Below, in pieces: positions 62,135 to 64,000 of a stretch of 64,000 bases of DNA. The notes under the pieces are model-generated. The model was not told the origin of the DNA and did not search any database. It was given only the letters and a program-made list of their open reading frames with translations. The stretch is from an uncultured Candidatus Micrarchaeota archaeon (lineage in GTDB: Archaea; Micrarchaeota; Micrarchaeia; Anstonellales; J096). The stretch spans positions 14,793-78,792 of the forward strand of contig CALKCX010000003.1 of NCBI GenBank assembly GCA_938083015.1. The letters are read 5' to 3'. Position 1 is the stretch's first letter. Every line of letters starts with the position of its first letter. A program made the translations under genes and the position numbers.

Positions 62135-62836
62135 AATATTAGCTATTAGATCTGCAACTAAGTATGCACTTTTTCTCTCAGGAAGTATTTCAACTACATC
62201 TATTCCAAGTATATTTTTTCCCCTTAGACTATCTATAAAATCAAGTAATTGTTGATAGCTTATACCATTAGGTACCAATACATTAGTATCTATGTATTTA
62301 GGATCTAATATGTCCATATCAATAGATAGATAAAAATCGTTTATCGAATTATCGTAATGTTTCCATCCAATTTCATCGCGTTCAACAACTCTTACACCAT
62401 AATGGTATACATGTTCTGTGTATTCTCTTAATCTCTTAGCTACACAGGCATGATCATATTTAGAACCTCTATATTCATCGTACATATCAGGATGGGCATC
62501 TAAGATAACGTAATTTTGAAATAGACCTATAGTCGATATTGTCACAGAATGATCTGGGGCAATCATAATAGGTATTTTAGATCTTGATATTATATTACGT
62601 ATAACAAAACTTAGTTCTTCCATAGAAGATCTTTCTAATAACACCATATCATAAGTATATACGGGAATGTTATTATAATCAATATTATACTTATTATTGT
62701 AACCTGGTAACTGCAATGATTGTTTAATTACTTCTATAGCTGGAGCTTTGTCTATATTATCTATAACAGGAATTACCACGTATTTTGATTTTTCAAAACT
62801 GTATTCTGAACCTAGAAATGAAAATTTGACAATCAT
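62111..62836 (-). CDS. Ureohydrolase (arginase/agmatinase family, agmatinase-like). Short form.
   Basis: Mn-binding blocks IAPDHSVT, LDAHPDMYDEY, SIDMDILDP and GIDVVEILP align with the GGDHS / DAHxD / SxDxDxxDP / DxVE signatures of agmatinase. Confidence 0.65.
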   Translation of the reverse strand: MIVKFSFLGSEYSFEKSKYVVIPVIDNIDKAPAIEVIKQSLQLPGYNNKYNIDYNNIPVYTYDMVLLERSSMEELSFVIRNIISRSKIPIMIAPDHSVTISTIGLFQNYVILDAHPDMYDEYRGSKYDHACVAKRLREYTEHVYHYGVRVVERDEIGWKHYDNSINDFYLSIDMDILDPKYIDTNVLVPNGISYQQLLDFIDSLRGKNILGIDVVEILPERKSAYLVADLIANILAMLESN

Positions 62837-62880
62837 ATTATTAAGATATTTTTAAATATTTTACATATATAATCTAAGAT

Positions 62881-64000
62881 ATGCAAAACCACGAATATGA
62901 TGTAGTAATAGTTGGTGCTGGTCCTGGAGGATCAGGTACTGCGTTACATCTTAAAGATTCAGGATTAAAGATTGCTTTGCTAGATAAACATAAATTTCCT
63001 AGAGATAAAACTTGTGGAGATGGAATAAGTGGCAAATCGTCTACGATATTGAAAGAACTTGGACTGTTTGATAAGATTTTTGAATTGCCCCATGGTCCTG
63101 GCTATGGAGTCTGGATGAGTGGTCCAAATGGAGTAGATTTAATAGTAGATTCTAGACAAGAAAATCCAAATGCAAAACCTCATGGAGCTGTAATAAGAAG
63201 ATATGATTTTGATAATTTTCTGTTTAATAATGCGAAGCAAATGCCAAATGTAGATGCTTTTGAACAATATACTGTATTTGATCTAATAAAAGAAGAAAAT
63301 AATTATGTTGGTGTATTGGCAAAAGATAAAGATGGGAATACTCATGAATTTAGAGCTAAGATCATAATCGGGGCAGATGGGGCAGGTTCAGTAGTTGCCA
63401 GTAAACTAGGAGTAGCTATAAGAGATCCAGATCATTATGTATCGGCAGTAAGAGCTTATTACGATGGAGTAGAAGGAATGAGAGAAGTAATTGAAATACA
63501 TTTCGTTGAACAAGCGTTACCTGGGTACTTTTGGATATTCCCATTAGAAGGCAAAAAGGCCAATGTAGGTATAGGTATGTTAGATAGAGATATGAGAAAA
63601 AATAAGGTAAATCTGGCACAACTTATGGAAAATCTTATAATGCAACATCCTAAATTCAAAGATAGGTTTGCTAATGCGAAAAGATTGACCAATATCGTTG
63701 GTTGGACTTTACCTTTAGGATCTAAGAGAAGAAAACCATATTTTAACCATGTATTATTAGTAGGCGATGCTGCTGCTTTAATAGATCCATTAACTGGAGA
63801 GGGAATAGGAAATGCTTTGTTATCATCTAAACTTGCAGCAATTACTATAAAAGAGGCATTTCAAAAGAATGATTTCTCAGAAAATACGTTGAAAATGTAC
63901 GATCAATTGCTAAAGAAGCATCTTGATCCTGAACTTCAAACAATGTATAGAATACAAAGACTAGGGTCTGTAAAATGGTTATTAAATCATTTCTTCAATA
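62881..64000 (+). CDS. FAD-dependent geranylgeranyl reductase (digeranylgeranylglycerophospholipid reductase family). Partial: it runs off the window end.
   Basis: FAD fingerprint YDVVIVGAGPGGSGTA. KTCGDGISG (conserved redox Cys). The GDAA block (LVGDAAALIDPLTGEGIGNA). The frame is open to position 64000. Confidence 0.8.
   Translation, partial: MQNHEYDVVIVGAGPGGSGTALHLKDSGLKIALLDKHKFPRDKTCGDGISGKSSTILKELGLFDKIFELPHGPGYGVWMSGPNGVDLIVDSRQENPNAKPHGAVIRRYDFDNFLFNNAKQMPNVDAFEQYTVFDLIKEENNYVGVLAKDKDGNTHEFRAKIIIGADGAGSVVASKLGVAIRDPDHYVSAVRAYYDGVEGMREVIEIHFVEQALPGYFWIFPLEGKKANVGIGMLDRDMRKNKVNLAQLMENLIMQHPKFKDRFANAKRLTNIVGWTLPLGSKRRKPYFNHVLLVGDAAALIDPLTGEGIGNALLSSKLAAITIKEAFQKNDFSENTLKMYDQLLKKHLDPELQTMYRIQRLGSVKWLLNHFFN

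Overview
This window is a very AT-rich, tightly packed archaeal chromosomal segment. Genes overlap or abut almost everywhere, and there is essentially no non-coding DNA apart from RNA genes. Most of it is core information-processing machinery. There is an RNA polymerase array rpoH-rpoB-rpoA'-rpoA''-rpl30e-nusA fused directly to an SBDS-Rrp4-Rrp41-Rrp42-rpl37ae exosome operon. The ribosomal operons S13-S4-S11-RpoD and L18e-L13-S9-RpoN-S2 are separated from each other. Also present are aEF-2 and aRF1, MCM, aCPSF1 with DtdA, fibrillarin, and Val-, Asp-, Thr- and Gly-tRNA synthetases. RNA genes are tRNA-Leu(GAG), tRNA-Thr(GGU), an intron-containing tRNA-Tyr(GUA), a solitary 5S rRNA and a textbook C/D box sRNA. 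Many proteins are shorter than their usual archaeal homologues (MCM 650 aa, GlyRS 451 aa, class I aaRS 743 aa, GlmS 531 aa, Rrp4 174 aa). Together with the gene overlaps, this points to a reduced genome, possibly a DPANN/Nanoarchaeota-like symbiont; that is an inference. Three accessory loci stand out. The first is a type IV pilus / Tad-like assembly operon: a FlaI-like ATPase, two separate TadC/FlaJ-like membrane proteins, a coupled Hsp20-like gene, and no pilin in the window. The second is a cytoplasmic two-repeat protein carrying a C-terminal lytic transglycosylase (SLT) domain. The third is a translationally coupled trio of a winged-helix plus long coiled-coil protein, an 884-aa cysteine-rich N-glycosylation-sequon-rich secreted lipoprotein and a cupin protein; it is the best candidate for an undescribed cell-surface or host-interaction module. 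A secreted CAP/SCP-domain lipoprotein and a sugar-activation/glycosylation gene set (PMM/PGM, GlmS, a GT4 glycosyltransferase) are also present. No CRISPR array, IS element or integrase was seen.
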